A stretch of DNA of 64,000 nucleotides from Barthelona sp. PCE. Its lineage: Eukaryota. The translations under genes and the position numbers were made by a program. How positions within the stretch are numbered: position 1 is the stretch's first letter; each line of letters opens with the position of its first letter. Below are positions 52,801 through 62,045 of the stretch, piece after piece. A model generated the notes under the pieces. It searched no databases. It had not been told where the DNA came from and saw only the letters and a list, made by a program, of their open reading frames with translations. Location of the stretch: contig JAUFOR010000004.1 of NCBI GenBank assembly GCA_040285745.1, positions 620,001-684,000 on the forward strand. Direction: 5' to 3'.

Positions 52801-55800
52801 TTGCTGAAGCTAATATTACTAAGTACTACATCTGGGAGATGCCTAAGGGCTCTGCTATGTTCCATCTGACTCCTGAGGACTTTGCTATTGACCGCAAGTG
52901 GTTCGTTCTTCCTTTCGATACCATTGATGTCACTGCTCGTGATTACTATCCTGATCAGTGTGAATGTATCGATACTGGTTTCTGTAACGATATGCCAGGT
53001 TATCCTGACCGTATTAACATGTGTAAGGATTGCTTACAAACTGAGCACGTCTACTTTGCTGAAGAACTTTGCGCTGTTGAAATGTGTCCTTTCAACTGTA
53101 GTGGCAACGGTGTCTGTAACATGACTTCAATGACATGTAACTGTGATACCGGTTTCCACGGTCTCCGTTGTGAGTCTATGAATCCCCCTATCCCTTGTGA
53201 ATTTGGCACAATATTTAACGAAACATGTGTTTGTGATTCGACTCACACTGGCCCCGCTTGTATTGTTCCTATTGTTCCTATTAATGTTGAAGGTATTAAT
53301 GATTCTGAAGGAATCGCTTCATATACTCTTGAGCAATTAGGTAAACCCAAGGTCTATGAGGTTTTCGAAGTCACTATCAACAACAGCATGGCCAATAATT
53401 CTATTATTGAGGTATCCATCGAAGGTACCAACGTTAAGTATGATGGTGAATATGACTTCGCCACATCTACCCTTCCTTACGCTGTAATGACTGAAGCCCT
53501 TCCTGATATGAAATTCTTGACTGATGCCAAGCCTTTCATCGATCTTCCTTCATCTCAGTATGAGATTATGAAGAAGTTCTATCCCCTTCTTGAGAGAATC
53601 ATGGCTGGTGATCAATCAGCTTATGAAGACATCATGAAGCTTGTTAACCCCAAGCAACTTGAGGATCTCCAAATGACCATTGATAAGATTGTCAAGGGCT
53701 TCAACATGACTGGTCAGGAACCTCTCTCACTTGGTATTTCTCATGTTTATCCCATCATGACACCTCTCTCTTCTGAGAAGCGTTCTATGATCCTTACCCG
53801 CCCTCTCATGGCTGGTGAGAAGATCTTTGTTACCGTCTTCAACGCTGATTGGTTGCGTGGTGCTTCTGGCAATGTTGTTGTTACCGTCAAGGATATGATG
53901 AACACTTGTCAACGTGCTAACATGAGTGATATCATCTATGCTTCTTGTAACGGCACTCATTGGGTCACTGATAAGATTCAGGCTCCTACAATGATGATGT
54001 CCAACAACAGTAACATTATTCAGGATCTTGGTTGGTATCCCTTCGATTCAAGTCTTGTTATCCGCGCCTTTGATTTGAATACCCCTGTTTGGTTTAGTTA
54101 CCAATCACGTATGAAGGTCACTGAGGAGCAACTTAACTTGACTGAGTTTGAACGCTCAGAGATGACTCCATATGCTCTCACTCAAATTGATATGGCCAAG
54201 ACTATCTCACAGCTTCCCGTTCAAGGTTTGGTTATCTACACATGTAATGCTCAAAACATTACTCGTATTGTTAACCCCTTCGGTGAAACTCTCATGCCTT
54301 GTCACGGTGGTGAGGTCAACTTGATCTTTACTCCTTTTTCATCAATGATCCCTGCCGAGTTCAACATCTCCACCGAGGCTTATGTTGATACTTGTGACTA
54401 CGATATGTGTTCCAACAACTTTGGTATGTGTGTTCGTGGCAAGTGCGAGTGTGGTGGTGCTATGGTTCTTATTGAAGATAACGTTTGTTCATTCGATCCA
54501 GCTCTCGTCCACGATCTTTCTATTGGTGATGAAGCCAAAGCATTTAACACAAGCATGGGTGGTATTACTTTCAAGATTGCCCGTCCTGAATTTGAAATGT
54601 TCACTATGGGTCTTGTCACATTCACTAACATGACCGGATATCCTCTTGAATCCATTGGTAACTCTCTTGTTTCTGTCTGGATTGATGATGCCAACAAGAC
54701 AAGCATTGATGCATATCCCGCCCCCATCATGCCTCAGGAGAGTATCACATATTTGAGCATCTCCCCTGGTGTTGACATGAGAGGCAACTGGACATATATT
54801 TACATTACGCTCACTAGCAAGTTTGCTGTTCCCACTTTCCCCATGATTGGTGAGATGCCTCTTCCTCAGTGGCCTCAAGAGATCTACGCTCGCACCTACG
54901 CTAACCCCGCTTGTCCCATGTTCTGTACTGGACATGGTGTCTGTAACGGAACAGGTGTTTGTGAGTGTTTCTTCGGCTGGGATGGACCTGCTTGTAATGA
55001 GCCAAAGTATCACACTTCTACTTACGATGAGGACTCTTTGTCATTCATCTCTGAAGGTGAAATGGAGATCAACAGCGGTTTCCCCGCTTACACCCGCGTC
55101 AACGTTGGTGATATGTCTCTGAGCTCCAACCAAGATGTTGTTATCATTCCCACATCCGATATGCCTGGTGTTATCGTCATTCCTTTCGCTTCCACTGAAG
55201 CTCCTTCTCCTACTGGCTTCCCTACTGCTGCTAATCTCTTTGTTCCCACTGGTATGGGTCCTTTGGTTGTTGATTCTGAACGTATCTTGTTCAAGCCCAA
55301 CACCACTGAGGCTTACACAGGTGATCTATACATTGGATTCGTTGCTATTACTATGGGTGGACTTCCTATGCCTATGAACGAGGATTACGTTACTCCTTCT
55401 CTTCCTGGCACAGGTGAGGTTGATCCCTCCGTCTTCTTACATATGCTTAAGGAGCTTCGTGGCGAGAACGGTACTATCATCCGTGGTAACTTCTCTGTTT
55501 CCACTCGTGTTGCTCCTAAGCGTGACTGCGGTCGTGGTTCTTGGAGCTACGTTGAGGATAAGTGTTCCTGTCAGTTCGGTTACACTGGTGAGCAGTGTAA
55601 CAACATTGACGCTATCCTGGTTGATCTGAACTCCGGTATGGAGGTTAACGTTAACAAGTCTAAGCAGTACATTATGTTCGTTTTCGATACTAGTGACTAC
55701 GATGGTGGTATCATTGTCAACCTTGACGTTTCCACCAAGTACTCTGCTGTCCTCATTAACGCTGATGGTCCTCCTTCATTTGACAACTTCATGCGTGTTC

Positions 55801-58800
55801 ATGAGATGGTCAAGCCCGGAACATTCCCCGTTCCCTCATTATACAGCCGTAAGAGCGTTATGATCCCTGAAGAACTTGTCAAGCGCGACACCTACTATTA
55901 CGTTCTTGTTTATCCATACATTACTGCTATCGATAGAGATAAGAACGTTACTGTTGCAATTGAAGTTGTTGAGAAGAGCCACGCTCCTCTTATGGTTGTT
56001 GCTCAGATTGCTCCCGATGCTGATCACTTCACCATCTTCTTCACTCACGTTACTGATATGGCTGGTGCCTCTATTAATGAAACTACTGATTGCTCAAAAT
56101 ACCTTGCCCCTGAAGTCATTGCCTCAATCAACCCCCGCGGTTGTATGTGGAAGACTGGTTCTCAACTCGCTGTTGGTCTGAACAAGGACTCTGATGTCTT
56201 TGGCTTCCACATGATCAGATTACGTACCGAGGAGCCATGTATTAAGGGTCCTGGTTCCAACACTACATGTGCCATTGGACAAACTCCCTTATTACCTCCT
56301 CTTAAGCCTGTTGATCCCGAGTACCAACCCATTATCCCCGATGTCCTTGCTCCTTGTGAACCCTTCGTAATGAAGTTTGCTGATGCTTCTTCCAAGCCTC
56401 AGGCAATCACAATCAAGTACCACTCTGATAACCCTACCATTGATATGTACCTCAGAGGCGACCTTTTGAGCATCGTTCGTATTCGTGATGTTAACGCTAC
56501 TACAGTTCCTGCTGAGCTTGCCAGAAAGTTCCCTTTCCCTATTGATGTTTTGAATAAGCATCTTGAGGCTCAGATTAAGTATGAGGTTGATATGGCCGAG
56601 TACCTTCGTCGTAAGAACGCTACAATTTCCATTCCTATGATTGAACCTAAGAGACCTGTTGGATTATTCGAACATGCTTCTCAGGTCCGTATCCCTTACT
56701 CCTTCCTTGAAGGAAAGAATATTAGAGATTTCACTGTTGACATTCTGCTTACTAACTCATTTGGTAAGTCTATTCAGTTCTCCAAGGAAATCCAGGTTCT
56801 TGAAGGTGATGCACCCACTCTGTCTCTCCCTGGTGGTTCTTCTTATACCCTCCCTGCCTCTGCCTTCCCCATTCCCGTCATTGTTGGCCAGTCCCCTTGT
56901 GGTGATGCTGGTGCAGTCAGCTTTGTTTGGAGTGTAATTGAGGCCACACCTGAGTTCAGAACTATCTTCAACAGAATTCAGTCTCGTACCTCTCCCACAA
57001 TCATATTACCTTCTGGTATTCTTGGTGGTGGTGCCTCTGCTATCATCAAGCTTGAGGCTTTCTACACCAACACTCCTGGTGTCAAGACTTTCGCTAAGGT
57101 CCACCTTCATGGTAAGGTCGAACGTCTTTCTGCCATTATTATGGGTGGTGACCGAATTCACCCCGCCAGTCACGATCTCCGTATTGATGGTTCTCTTTCA
57201 ATGGATCCTTCTCATATGGATGGTGATCTTGTTTACCAATGGTCTTGCCTCTCTGAAGGTACTGAGTGTCCTGAAATCGATTCTCAGTCCGAACCTATTC
57301 TTATTGTGCCTTCTGCTCAGCTTTCTGCTGGTGAATTCACGTACACTTTGATCGTATTAAAGGGTAACCGTACTGCTCAATCTTCCATATTGGTTGATAT
57401 CCGTGCTAATGAAGTTCCTATCATCAGCATTCGTCGTAAGGATAGCCCTGGTTCTAAGAGAGTTCTTCCTGAGGATCGTATCATCTTTGTTGGTATTTCC
57501 GATCAGGGTTACAGTTTTGATGCTGAATTCCTTTGGTCAGTTGAAGGTATCACCACTGATCTTGAAGAGTGCACATACATGGGCGTTGACAGCATGGTTT
57601 TAATTCTTGAACCTAACTGTTTCCCCAGCGGAGTCACATTCAACGTCAAGTTTACAGCTAGCTATCCTGATAAGGATACCGTTTCCACTTCTTATGAACT
57701 CAGCACCGGTTCACCTCCCATTGGTGGACTATTTGAGGTCACTCCTGCTTCCGGTTCCGCCGCTAGCACTATGTTTAACATCACTGCTTACGGCTTTGAG
57801 GTTGATTCATCTACTATCACTGACGATACTATTGTCAGCACTCTTGAATATAAGCTCTTTATGCGTCTGTGCGAAGACTGTCATCCTCTCTTTGTCGGAA
57901 AGTCATACGAACCTCAACACTCTATGAAGTTGCCTCTTCCTATGGAAGGCAACCAGATTTATCTCGATATTCTCGTTTCTGACATCTATGGTGGTGCTGT
58001 CCGTCTTACCAAGGCTATCACCGTCACTATTCCTACTCTTGAAACTGATGAAGCTGAGGAGGCCCTCTTTGAGGATACCCTTAGCGAAATCGAAAAGGCA
58101 AAGGATCTTGGTGATGTCTCCGGTACAATGTCTGCTGTTAAATCAACCATTTCGGTTGTCCTGCGCAAGGCTGTTGACGTCTCTGCTGGTCAAAGCGAAG
58201 CTACTCTTCAGGAGTTAAGGCGTCGTCGTGATCGTGTTAAGGGACTGCTCTCTGCTGCAGTTAATGTTACCGCCACCACTAAGGAGGAGGTTCAGCAACA
58301 GGTTGACACTCTTAAGACCATCCTTGAAGATCCTACACAGGTTCCCAAGGAAGACAAGCGTAATCTCATGGCCCACATTGGTTCTATCGCTGCTGGTCTC
58401 GAGGATAACGGTGCTGTTGATGAAGAAACTGTCGGTAATGTCTTTGCGGCTTGCTCTTCAGTTGTCAGTGATATGATGCGCTCCTCTAAGAAGCGTAAGA
58501 ACGCTGATTTCGTCGACGGAACTGCCGTTGTTGATGGTGAAGTTGTTGATGATGTCACCGATGAAGAAGCCAGAGAAATGCTCGATGATGCACTTGTCGT
58601 CATGGAGAACGCTACGAAGCAATTGATGAAGTCTTTCATTGCTGGTCAAGATGCCATGCATTTCGAAACACCTCTTATGAAGCGTTCAATAATGAAGAAG
58701 GATTCTGCAGCTTTGGGTACTGTCACAAATGAATTCGTCAACGCAACAATTCCTCAGTCAGTAATTGACACTATGGGTGATGTTGAAGTTGGTGTTTCGA

Positions 58801-59318
58801 TTACTGTTTTCGATTCTGAGATGTCTCTTCACTTGAAACCAAACCAAATTGTTGGCGAGATGACCGACTTTACTCTAACTGATACAAATGGTGATCCCAT
58901 GACCATTGAAAATCTTGATGAACCCATCAGTCTTCAGATTCCTGCACCTACTAAGGCCAATAAGGCTACTTGTGCATACTTCGATGTTGAAAATTCGAAG
59001 TGGAGCACTAAAGGTTTGAAGACAATCTTCAATGACGATAATACCGTTGATTGTACAACTTCTCACCTTACAACATTCGCACTTCTGCCACCAGCTCCTG
59101 AGGAAGGCTCATCCTTATGGATCTTTATCATTATTGGTGTTGTAGTTGTTGCTGGTGTTGCTGTCGGTGTTCTCTTCGTCATGAAGAAGAAGAAGGGTAG
59201 CGATGTACCGGAGATGCAAATCAACCGTATGCAGTCTCTCCCCAACTTCCAGAAGAACCCCCAACTTGCTCCCACTAACGCTTTAGACATGCCCATGGGC
59301 AACTCTGTTGAGGTCTAA
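49821..59318 (+). CDS. Giant type-I membrane protein: signal peptide, subtilisin S8, EGF repeats, REJ-like, GAIN/GPS, one TM
   Basis: Signal peptide MMLKNLILISLLLFATVTA; S8 motifs DNG, HGTH, AAGND, GTSMATP; CPxxCSxxGxC EGFs; IMGGDR..IDGSLSMDP REJ motif; W..CTTSHLTTF GPS; TM followed by KKKK. Confidence 0.9.
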   Translation: MMLKNLILISLLLFATVTAVGNIGNEIDIPDVDIPDVDYEDEHHIVLPVGPGIVMPNISDFDHIKMPDADMLKNITDSLFSLLIPGQFNFIQVAVTIEPAFVEEVSAALGEYGSMAYYLGKQRFLIDVPQMLMPLLDTLPIVDFEPLDPNEKISNLLASNGESDITKLSVLVSRTAGAKKLAEYYGTLISNPSVKFTAISQMQMIVTFPKDISESVISFLSKQAGTVFIQPAVEIEKKNMKSFEAIVGTQTPNMFGLEGYDGSTEIIGVSDNGLDTDHEFFADASRPVPFDTIDSNHRKIIAYFTEFGSNTSMAHGTHVCGTVAGISDNSTDEINKFHGMAPGAKIAFASVAAPDGKFTDFSVYDVSQRLYDAGARIHSMSWGGHFGGVVGIGAYSNNDYEADLFAYEHPEMVMVAAAGNDGHNQKSTTGSPANAINVLAVGATVGPQESWDAFFVDSPCQFDREKTIEASCDAISFLTAELNQNPICHQLPTTLMGIYGTHESTSCKEDLTAYCGYLTNYAGSGEDLYNDLCSANDYYCSQCPSYGYKHQGDEYNAAVFSSTGPTLDGRLKPEISAHGMLRSARCGAACGDISEDKLVYMPGTSMATPAVSGTIALVRQYMKEKMSIANPKARDVKAILMSLTRPIWTNQFDKGMDTGYGEVQVAGLNRTMPLLKEIVLANEGDYHPVCVRAKLVNSSMGGSQEANFAISIVYTNPPRVPLDPMYDGHIVDMSYFGDNLAWETSHTKYDKDVHLSPIKHFQENTYLDEYNSEQVYCFTVNATRLISSNLAVSVAAAITVEPQYDAIFELEWVSPEQLKCPNNCSNHGYCNQGVCMCDDEHTANDCSIVKDAQYYCMESCLNGECIETTKVANVSEWICKCYEPYQYKYEYWGDFCQFDRYGVYPNGENNYGLREFVINGTTLNDTQGMQFAVDGKPMISRGIVMPLSEYWNVSAKIQELAGAIASEVPHLLQSLLQGQNTSILAIQSYVDRILAEANITKYYIWEMPKGSAMFHLTPEDFAIDRKWFVLPFDTIDVTARDYYPDQCECIDTGFCNDMPGYPDRINMCKDCLQTEHVYFAEELCAVEMCPFNCSGNGVCNMTSMTCNCDTGFHGLRCESMNPPIPCEFGTIFNETCVCDSTHTGPACIVPIVPINVEGINDSEGIASYTLEQLGKPKVYEVFEVTINNSMANNSIIEVSIEGTNVKYDGEYDFATSTLPYAVMTEALPDMKFLTDAKPFIDLPSSQYEIMKKFYPLLERIMAGDQSAYEDIMKLVNPKQLEDLQMTIDKIVKGFNMTGQEPLSLGISHVYPIMTPLSSEKRSMILTRPLMAGEKIFVTVFNADWLRGASGNVVVTVKDMMNTCQRANMSDIIYASCNGTHWVTDKIQAPTMMMSNNSNIIQDLGWYPFDSSLVIRAFDLNTPVWFSYQSRMKVTEEQLNLTEFERSEMTPYALTQIDMAKTISQLPVQGLVIYTCNAQNITRIVNPFGETLMPCHGGEVNLIFTPFSSMIPAEFNISTEAYVDTCDYDMCSNNFGMCVRGKCECGGAMVLIEDNVCSFDPALVHDLSIGDEAKAFNTSMGGITFKIARPEFEMFTMGLVTFTNMTGYPLESIGNSLVSVWIDDANKTSIDAYPAPIMPQESITYLSISPGVDMRGNWTYIYITLTSKFAVPTFPMIGEMPLPQWPQEIYARTYANPACPMFCTGHGVCNGTGVCECFFGWDGPACNEPKYHTSTYDEDSLSFISEGEMEINSGFPAYTRVNVGDMSLSSNQDVVIIPTSDMPGVIVIPFASTEAPSPTGFPTAANLFVPTGMGPLVVDSERILFKPNTTEAYTGDLYIGFVAITMGGLPMPMNEDYVTPSLPGTGEVDPSVFLHMLKELRGENGTIIRGNFSVSTRVAPKRDCGRGSWSYVEDKCSCQFGYTGEQCNNIDAILVDLNSGMEVNVNKSKQYIMFVFDTSDYDGGIIVNLDVSTKYSAVLINADGPPSFDNFMRVHEMVKPGTFPVPSLYSRKSVMIPEELVKRDTYYYVLVYPYITAIDRDKNVTVAIEVVEKSHAPLMVVAQIAPDADHFTIFFTHVTDMAGASINETTDCSKYLAPEVIASINPRGCMWKTGSQLAVGLNKDSDVFGFHMIRLRTEEPCIKGPGSNTTCAIGQTPLLPPLKPVDPEYQPIIPDVLAPCEPFVMKFADASSKPQAITIKYHSDNPTIDMYLRGDLLSIVRIRDVNATTVPAELARKFPFPIDVLNKHLEAQIKYEVDMAEYLRRKNATISIPMIEPKRPVGLFEHASQVRIPYSFLEGKNIRDFTVDILLTNSFGKSIQFSKEIQVLEGDAPTLSLPGGSSYTLPASAFPIPVIVGQSPCGDAGAVSFVWSVIEATPEFRTIFNRIQSRTSPTIILPSGILGGGASAIIKLEAFYTNTPGVKTFAKVHLHGKVERLSAIIMGGDRIHPASHDLRIDGSLSMDPSHMDGDLVYQWSCLSEGTECPEIDSQSEPILIVPSAQLSAGEFTYTLIVLKGNRTAQSSILVDIRANEVPIISIRRKDSPGSKRVLPEDRIIFVGISDQGYSFDAEFLWSVEGITTDLEECTYMGVDSMVLILEPNCFPSGVTFNVKFTASYPDKDTVSTSYELSTGSPPIGGLFEVTPASGSAASTMFNITAYGFEVDSSTITDDTIVSTLEYKLFMRLCEDCHPLFVGKSYEPQHSMKLPLPMEGNQIYLDILVSDIYGGAVRLTKAITVTIPTLETDEAEEALFEDTLSEIEKAKDLGDVSGTMSAVKSTISVVLRKAVDVSAGQSEATLQELRRRRDRVKGLLSAAVNVTATTKEEVQQQVDTLKTILEDPTQVPKEDKRNLMAHIGSIAAGLEDNGAVDEETVGNVFAACSSVVSDMMRSSKKRKNADFVDGTAVVDGEVVDDVTDEEAREMLDDALVVMENATKQLMKSFIAGQDAMHFETPLMKRSIMKKDSAALGTVTNEFVNATIPQSVIDTMGDVEVGVSITVFDSEMSLHLKPNQIVGEMTDFTLTDTNGDPMTIENLDEPISLQIPAPTKANKATCAYFDVENSKWSTKGLKTIFNDDNTVDCTTSHLTTFALLPPAPEEGSSLWIFIIIGVVVVAGVAVGVLFVMKKKKGSDVPEMQINRMQSLPNFQKNPQLAPTNALDMPMGNSVEV
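49902..49931 (+). repeat. 15-bp tandem duplication (GATATTCCTGACGTA x2) encoding DIPDV DIPDV
   Basis: Directly visible in the sequence. Confidence 0.9.
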
Positions 59319-59383
59319 TCAACGCTATGTACGCTTGTTTACAAATTCTTGTTCTATAAATAAATAAATATGAAAATTTCATA

Positions 59384-60271
59384 CTACAACCATTCAAGAA
59401 GCAAAAGTTGCGTTGCTATCTCATTTGCTAGAGGAGAGCATAATAGACGTGTGAGCGCAACTTCATGGGGAGTTACTAAAACTGGTGATATGTGCACAAC
59501 ATTTTCTTCACACGTATGGATGAGATCTGTTAAGAACAATGTGTTAACAAATGGGAAAACAACCTTAAATTGCTTTAACTTCTCCTTTGCAACCGATAGT
59601 TCCTTATTAATAATCAATAAAAGAACAATAGACAGTTTAAGTTCAACCATTGAGTTCATTTGTAATGGTAAAACAATAGGATTCTTGCTCTCAATGTATT
59701 GCAAAGAATCCAATGCAAGTTCCCATTCTTTGGTCAAGACATAAGCGTATGCAATCATTACTTCCACCTGAATCAAAAACATAGATTCAGAAAAATGTGT
59801 TTTTTTGGCCAAAATAAAAAAATCTAGTGCCGTGGAATAAAAGCGATTACGAAAAAAATAATTTCCTGACAAACATGCAAGCCTCTGCAACATAACCCAT
59901 GCTTCTTTCTCGTGAAGATATACTAATAAATCAAAGAGCAATGAAACAAGAGCATTGTGGACATGCATATGTTGATGCATTGGAAAGCGTTCTATAACCT
60001 TGAATAGATCATGACAAGCGGAAAACTTCCAATCTGCCGTTTGCTTATGATTTCCAACTGCTTCATATAAGCTGGAAATAGTTTGATCAATCAGTTGACA
60101 TGTTAAATAGTCTTCGTTACGTTCAAGGGCTTGCCTGAGCGTCTTCAGGTGATCAATAAAGCTGTTCACACTGTGAACACTTCGTTTAGGATCCTGGATA
60201 ACCTCAAATGCATTATTAATATTTTCAAAAATGGTTGTTAAATGTGGCGATATGTCATATCTGTTTGCCAT
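59384..60271 (-). CDS. Hypothetical alpha-helical/TPR-like protein
   Basis: 295-aa ORF with helical-repeat character. Confidence 0.6.
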   Translation of the reverse strand: MANRYDISPHLTTIFENINNAFEVIQDPKRSVHSVNSFIDHLKTLRQALERNEDYLTCQLIDQTISSLYEAVGNHKQTADWKFSACHDLFKVIERFPMHQHMHVHNALVSLLFDLLVYLHEKEAWVMLQRLACLSGNYFFRNRFYSTALDFFILAKKTHFSESMFLIQVEVMIAYAYVLTKEWELALDSLQYIESKNPIVLPLQMNSMVELKLSIVLLLIINKELSVAKEKLKQFKVVFPFVNTLFLTDLIHTCEENVVHISPVLVTPHEVALTRLLCSPLANEIATQLLLLEWL

Positions 60272-60490
60272 TCCAAAATACTGATAATCAGACCCTTAAA
60301 AATATGAAAAGGAAATGAAAAGGAGATGCCGGTAGCCATATGTAGGATCCTACATAGCATATCTCAATGCTGACTGATCGCTAGCTCACTTCAACAACAC
60401 GATAAATGAGGGCGCAAACTGTTTTATGGACTTCTCCATCAATTGGTTTTTGCTTTCAGTTATTTCACTGTTTCCTGTACTTTTACAAAA

Positions 60491-61204
60491 ATGAGCGTTA
60501 GATTAACCGTAACACATGCTGCGTTGGACCATGTATTTCCGGAAATTCGTTTCCAGAAGGCACAAACAATTCTCAGTATTAAACAACGTTTACAATCAAT
60601 GACAGGTTCTTCAGCCGCATCAATGACATTGAAGTTGCGCGATCGTAATGGTTCTTTTATCTGCGACTTAAGCGATAACGACTTGCAATTGGGTTTTTTT
60701 GGTGTTGAAGATATGATGGAAATTCATGTTATAGATACAAATGAGACGTCAGTTGTTCACCAAATTGCAAACACAGACCTTGGATCTGTTGAAAAATACG
60801 AAATTTCTGAAGAAGACTATGATAAGCGTGACGATTCCTTCCGTAAATGGCGTCAACGTAACGCACATATGTTCAAGGAATGCGAATCAAAGTATGAAGC
60901 CTACATGAGCGAAGACTGCATACAACACATTACTGTCGGTTCCAGATGCGAAGTATCACCTGGTAGCCGTCGTGGAGAAGTTGCTTTCGTCAACACCGTA
61001 CGTGGCATGAAGCCTGGTTATTGGGTTGGCATTCGTTTTGATGAGCCTGTAACATACGGTAATGGTATTGTGAAGGGTAAAAGAATCTTCGAATGTGAAA
61101 ATGGATATGGTGCATTTGTACGTCCAGAAAAGGTGCAGTGCGGTGAATTCCCTGAATTAGACCTTTTAGACAGTGATTGGTCAAGCGAAGACAGCGATTT
61201 TTAG
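60491..61204 (+). CDS. TBCB: Tubulin-folding cofactor B
   Basis: Ubl domain, VEKYEISEEDYDKRDDS, CAP-Gly (GYWVGIRFDEP..GNG..GAFVRP). First ATG at 60491. Confidence 0.95.
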   Translation: MSVRLTVTHAALDHVFPEIRFQKAQTILSIKQRLQSMTGSSAASMTLKLRDRNGSFICDLSDNDLQLGFFGVEDMMEIHVIDTNETSVVHQIANTDLGSVEKYEISEEDYDKRDDSFRKWRQRNAHMFKECESKYEAYMSEDCIQHITVGSRCEVSPGSRRGEVAFVNTVRGMKPGYWVGIRFDEPVTYGNGIVKGKRIFECENGYGAFVRPEKVQCGEFPELDLLDSDWSSEDSDF

Positions 61205-61209
61205 TAAAA

Positions 61210-61998
61210 CTACTCTATATAGTCTTCAACAGCTAAAAAACGCCCTAAACTAACTAATACATGACCAACCCAAAGGTCAGACCGACCTGAAAAGCAGACA
61301 TAGAGATGACGAATAATCAGGCTCAAGAGATGGTTTAACTGCTTCTCCCTGTCGCGGTCTGGCGTTGATATCGAGTAACGAGTATCTGGCTCAATAGGAT
61401 TAATGTCAATAAAATCAACTACAAAACTTTCAACACCGAAAAAACTCATTGGGTATAGCAGAGGGATAGAGAGGTATTTGGATGATAGGAAAAGAGCGTG
61501 TATGATGAGTTCAAGCGACGAAACACGTGGGTATTCGAAGGGAATTCCACAAATTGTCATTGTTCTGTTTTCATGGTCTGTACGACATATAAATACTTTT
61601 CCAAGGTCTGAAATGCAGCGCACTTTCTGCTCAAAATGCATTTTTTTGAACCTTTCATTCTGAATCATTGAAACACCAAGATGTTTCTTTGTTCTTTCTA
61701 TGTTCTTATATAGAGTGTTGTATTCGTTATCCAACCTACACAGCCACAGTCTCCTCTTTTCTACTGTGTCTTCAAGCTCTGACACACTTTTTTTTAGCTC
61801 ATCCACATCCCTCCTCAAAATCTGTAATCTACCGTCTATACTCTTTATGTGCTGTGCTTTGAACAGTTTTTCGCTGCGTAAACGCTCAAATTCCTGTGTA
61901 CGACCCAACAAATCCCCTAATCTGATTTTTGCTTCTTCTTTATCACAATTAACCTCCCTTTTCCTTGACAATAATGCTTTCAATGACGAATTAGTCAT
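61210..61998 (-). CDS. UVRAG/Vps38/Atg14-like PI3K complex subunit
   Basis: N-terminal coiled coil, TICGI, SKYLSIPLLYPM..G.ESFVVD. Confidence 0.7.
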   Translation of the reverse strand: MTNSSLKALLSRKREVNCDKEEAKIRLGDLLGRTQEFERLRSEKLFKAQHIKSIDGRLQILRRDVDELKKSVSELEDTVEKRRLWLCRLDNEYNTLYKNIERTKKHLGVSMIQNERFKKMHFEQKVRCISDLGKVFICRTDHENRTMTICGIPFEYPRVSSLELIIHALFLSSKYLSIPLLYPMSFFGVESFVVDFIDINPIEPDTRYSISTPDRDREKQLNHLLSLIIRHLYVCFSGRSDLWVGHVLVSLGRFLAVEDYIE

Positions 61999-62045
61999 TT
62001 AACTTAAATAAAAACATGAGAAGAAGAAAAAATATATATTTACAT

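Noticed and set aside
50548-58661. Many alternative-frame and antisense ORFs within the giant gene (also within hcp and sod)
   Set aside because: They are shadows of strong codon bias, with Leu/Ser-rich low-information translations.
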